A stretch of DNA of 64,000 nucleotides from Squalus acanthias. Taxonomy: Eukaryota. Of the stretch, positions 59,575 to 64,000 are shown piece by piece. Position 1 is the stretch's first letter; every line of letters begins with the position of its first letter. The DNA lies in NCBI GenBank assembly GCA_030390025.1, contig CM059431.1:137890001-137954000 (forward strand), written 5' to 3'. The notes beneath the pieces were generated by a model. The model had not been told where the DNA came from, did not search any database, and saw only the letters and a list, made by a program, of their open reading frames with translations. The position numbers were made by a program, and so were the translations under genes.

Positions 59575-62500
59575 AATTGAGTCAGAGATCACAGCTGTGA
59601 GGGAAAATTCGCCCTGTGCTAGGAAATCAATCTCTATTAGAAAGTTACCTTTTTCTTTCTAAGTGGTCTGTACAGAGTGTGCTTAAACAGAGCGTTTCTA
59701 ATCAGAGTGTTAAATTTGGGAATTTGGAGAGTTTGGGGATTCGGAGCAGAGGGGGAAGGAGGTGCTGATTTTTGCCTCCGATACTTGGAGTGCATTGAGT
59801 TACAGGTAAATATATAATTTAAACTACCTCGAACTAAAACTAGATAGGGAAATTTGCTAAAACAAAACTATAAGCTAAGTTAATTAAAAACGTAATTTTT
59901 ATTTCACTAAATAAATAAAGCAAAGTTATAAAGGGAGGGTTACGCAGGAGGTGTGACAGAACTACGACATGTGGGAGTTTGTCGAGAGCATTGTGATCCC
60001 GGACAACCAAGTTTGCAGTAAGTGCCTGCAACCTGAGGAACTCAGAGTTGTTGAGCTGGAGACGGAGGTGCAGATATTGCGGGGCATCAAGGAGGGGGAG
60101 AGTTATATGGACACTTTGATCCAGGAGGCAAAAGTACCTATTAGATTACGTAGTGGTACAGGTCTGCTTAGTGGCCAGTGATGGGAGTGTGTGAAAGCAA
60201 CTCAGGCAGGTAAGAGGACCTCAGGTGCAGTGCTGGAGGAGCCTCAGCCTTTGCCTTTTTCCAACAGGTATGATGTTTTTGGTGCCTGTATGGATGAGGG
60301 CAAATTCTGCAGGGTAGTTGAGCAAACTGACCAAGGCACCGTGGTATAGGAGGCCATTCAAGTGACGGGGAGTGAAAAGGAATGTTGCAGTGTTAGGGCA
60401 CAGTATTATCAGGGGGATGGCTACTGCTCTCTGTAGGCGCGACCGTGAGTTCTGAAGGCTTTGTTGCCTGCCCGGTGCCAGGTTTAAGGATATCTCCTCG
60501 CGGCTGGAGATGAATTTGGATTGAGAGGGGGAAGATCCAGTTGACATAGTCCACGTAGGAAGCAACAACATAGGTAGAACTAGGAATATGGTTCTGCTGA
60601 GTGAGTTTGAGGAGCAGATTTGGAAAATAAATTACTCAGCTGTGCAAGAACTATACCCAAGTGATAATGGGAGACTTTAACTAACCCAATATTGTTGGGG
60701 CAGTGATTGTGTTGAGGGCAGAGAAGGGGAGGAATTTCTGAAGTGTGTTTAAGAGAATCTTATTGATTAATATGTTTCCTGCCCAATGAAAGGAGAGGCA
60801 TTGCTGGATGTAGTGCTGGGGAATGAAGTGGATCAAGTGGAGAATGTCACAGTTGGAGTGAATCTCGCGAAGAGTGATAATAATATCGGAATATCGTAAT
60901 AATATTCGCTATGGAGAAGGACAAGGTACAATCTATAAATGAAAACAAACTTAACTGCAGAAGGGCTACTGTCAGCGAACTGAGGAGTGATCTGGCCCGG
61001 GTAAATTGAAGTCTAATATTGGCAGTCAGAAATGTAATGGAGCAATGAGCGGCCTTTAAAGAGGAGATGGTTCAGGAACAGTCTAGATACATTCGTACAA
61101 GTGGGAAAGGAAGGACAACCAAAGCCAGAGCTCAATGGATGACGAAGGTGTTAGAAAGTGGTATGGAGCAGAAAAAGGGGGCGAATGACAGATGTCAGCT
61201 GATAATACAAGGGAGATTCAGGCTAAATATAAAAAAAGTACAGAGGAGAATTGAAAAAGTATATAAGAGGAGCAAAGAGAGAGTACAAGAATAGAATGGC
61301 GGCTAACATAAAAGGGAATCCAAAGGTCATCTATAGGCATATTAACAGTAAAAGGGTTGTCAGAGGAGCGGTAGGTCCGATTAGAGACCAAAATGGAGAA
61401 CTATCGGTGGAGGCAGAAGGCATGGCTGAGGTAGTAAATTAATACTTTGCATCGGTGTTTACCAAGGAAGAGGACTTTCCCAAAGATATGGTAAACGAGG
61501 AGGCTGCTGGAAAACTGGGTGAGATACAAGTAGATAAAGATGCGGTACTAGAAAGGCTGGCGGTACTTAGAGTGGTAAGTAACCTAGTCCAGGTGGGATG
61601 CATCCTAGGATGTTGAGGGAAGTAAGGGTAGGAATTGCGGCGGAGCTCGCCACAATCATCCAATCCTTCTTAGAGACGGGGTGCTGCAAAAAAGGACTGG
61701 ACGATTGCAAATCTTACACCATTGTACAAAAAAGGGGAGAAAAATAAACCTGGCAATTGCACACCAGTCAGTTTAAGGTCGATGTCGGGGAAGCTTTTAG
61801 AAACAACAGTCCAGGAGAATATTAGTAGCTACTTAGACAAGCATGGACTAATAAAGGAGACCGAGCACCGATTTATTAAGGGCAAATCGTGTTTTAACAA
61901 CTTGATTAAGTTGTTTGAAGAGGTGACAAAGAGGGTTGATGATGACAATGCAGATGATGCTGTGTATATGGAATTCCAAAACGCGTTTGAAAAAAAATAC
62001 CAATAATTAGGCTTGTTAGCAAAAATTAAGCCCAAGGCATAAAAGAGACACCAGCATGAATAAAAAAACTGACTAAGAGACAGAAAGCAGAGAGTTGTGG
62101 TGAATGGTTGTTTTGAGGACTGAAGGGAGGTATAGAGTGTCGTTCCCCAAGTTTCAGTACTGGGGCCACTGTTGTGTTTGATTCACATTAATGACTTGGA
62201 TTTGGAGGTACTGGGCACAATTTCGATATTTTCAGATAGCACGAAACTTGTAAGTGTAGTAAACAGTTAGGAAGATAGTTTTAGACTTCAAGAGAACATA
62301 GACAGACTGGTGGAAGGACGGTAACATGACAGATAAAATTCAGCGGAAAGAAGTCTGAGGTGAAACAATTTGGTACGAGGATGAGGGGAGACCATACATA
62401 CTAAACGGCACAATGTTAAAGAGGGTGCAAGAACAGAGAGACCTGGGGGAGTTTTCACAAATGTTTGAGGTTGGCTGCACAGGTTAACAGAGCAGTTAAT

Positions 62501-63152
62501 AAAGCACATGGGATCCTTAGCTGTATAAATAGAGCCATGGAGTACACAAGCCAAGAAGTTATTCTAAGTCTGTATAAATCATCAGGTCGGCCCCAGCTGG
62601 AGAACTGTATCCAATTCTGGGAACAACACTTTCGGAATGACGTGAATTTGGAGAGGGCACAGAAGTGAGTTACTAGAACGGCTCCAGGGATAAAGGATAT
62701 ACAGTTACGTGGTTAGACTGTGGAAGCTGGGTTTGTTCTCCTTTGAGCAGAGAAGGACAAGAGGAGATTTCATCGAGGTGTTAAAATCATGAAGGGTTCA
62801 GATAGAGTCAATGGAAAGTAACTGTTTACAATGGCTGAAGGGTCGATAACCAGAGGGGTCAGATTAAATGTGATTGAAAAAATAAATAGAATCTACTTGA
62901 GGAAAAACCTTTTTTCGCAACGAGTGGCTTGTATTTGGAATGTACTGCCTGATAGGGTGTGGATACAGATTCAAAAGTAGCCTTTAAAAGCGTATTGGGA
63001 AAATACTTGAAGGAGACAAAATTGCAGAGATATCGGGAAAGAGCGGGGGAGTGGGCCTAACATGATTGTTCTTCGAAAGAGCCGGCGCAGACTCGATGGG
63101 CCGAATGGCCTCCTTCGGTGCTGTACTCTTCTCTGATTCTATGATCTTATGA
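59575..63152 (+). mobile_element. Long degraded CR1 LINE: 5' UTR, ORF1 (Zn-finger/coiled-coil/esterase), internally deleted ORF2 (EN remnant + RT), 3' tail
   Basis: ORF1: MWEFV...VCSKCLQ..VVELE, CCLPGARFKDI, IVHVGSNNIG. ORF2: IMGDFN, NIKGNPK, YKKGEKNKPGNCTPVSL, KGKSCFNNL, VYMEFQNAF, LGPLL, RPQLENCIQFW. Tail GATTCTATGAT. Many stops and frameshifts. Confidence 0.92.
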
Positions 63153-63271
63153 GTGAAACAAAATTTGCTTTGATAACGCACTGCTCAAATGACAACCCAT
63201 GTTGCAATATTTCCTCAGTTACATCTGATAGTAATCATGGTTATCAGAATGGCATCGGCTTCCTGCTAGGG

Positions 63272-63586
63272 ACATAGGAGAAATAATAGGTAATTGGCTC
63301 CTCGAGCCTGTTGCGCCATTCAATGAGATAATGGCTGATCTGTAAGCTAACTCCATATACCCGAATTTACCCCACATAATATAAATCTGTCACTTTAAGA
63401 TTTAAAATTAACATTATCAATCCCTCCATGGCAGATAGGTCCTTCCTAAGGTGTGTTGCCCAGAACTGAACACAGTTCCCCAGGTGTGGTCGAACGAGGG
63501 TTTCGTTTGGATCTAGCATAACTTCTACCCCCTTGTATTCTTGTCTTTTAGAAAGAAAGGAGAGCATTTAATTAGCCTAATTGATT
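63272..63586 (-). mobile_element. CR1 3' fragment with internal deletion, opposite orientation
   Basis: TLVRPHLGNCVQFWATHLRKD joined near 63415 to a 3' UTR (GATCAGCCATTATCTCATTGAATGGCGCAACAGGCTCGAGG). Confidence 0.85.
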
Positions 63587-63592
63587 CGTACA

Positions 63593-64000
63593 TGGACCGC
63601 GAATTCTCTTTGGACCTTCACTGCTTCTAGCTTTGGAACGTCAATGTTTCTAGCTTTGGACCTTCACTTTTTTAAGTTTGGACCTCCACTGTTTCTAGCT
63701 TTAGACCGTCACTGTTTCCAGCTTTGGACCTTCACTCTTTATAGCTTTGGACGTCTACTGTTTCTAGCTTTGGACCTTCACTGTTTCTAGCTTTGGACAT
63801 TTACTATTGCTGGTTTTGGAACTCCACTGTTTCTAGCTTTGGACCTCCAGTGTTTCTAGCTTTGGACGTACAGAGTTTCTAGATTTGGATATTCACTGTT
63901 TGTAACTTTGGACTTTCACTGTTTCGAGCTTTGGACCTCCACTGTTTCAAGATTTGGACCTCCACTGTTTCAAGCTTTGGACCTCCACTGTTTCTACCTT
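63593..64000 (+). repeat. 23-bp satellite resumes (same orientation, more diverged), running off the window
   Basis: CTAGCTTTGGACCTYCACTGTTT monomers with more substitutions than the main array. Confidence 0.95.

Overview
Eukaryotic, repeat-dominated vertebrate DNA. The CR1 tails, DeuSINE-like SINE and Penelope families point to a cartilaginous fish; this is an inference from recalled repeat families, not a search result. No host protein-coding gene is evident. Layout: (1) 1-2859 is the right part of a PIF/Harbinger DNA transposon, with an intact 386-aa DDE transposase on the minus strand, a convergent partner ORF, a CpG-rich subterminal region, a TIR and a TTA target site, sitting next to an old CR1 ORF1 fragment. 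(2) A 200-N scaffold gap. (3) About 49.7 kb (~2,160 monomers) of a 23-bp satellite, CTAGCTTTGGACCTYCACTGTTT. It has three domains: a patchwork of multi-kb duplications, a 5,865-bp tandem duplication, and ten copies of a 34-monomer (782-bp) higher-order repeat with A/B variants. (4) A 10.5-kb island of CR1, L2, Penelope and SINE fragments, four minisatellites, promoter/splice-like modules, and one intact plus two decayed hammerhead-ribozyme motifs. (5) The same satellite resumes, more diverged, at about 63.6 kb. The many short ORFs in the array are artefacts of repeat translation.
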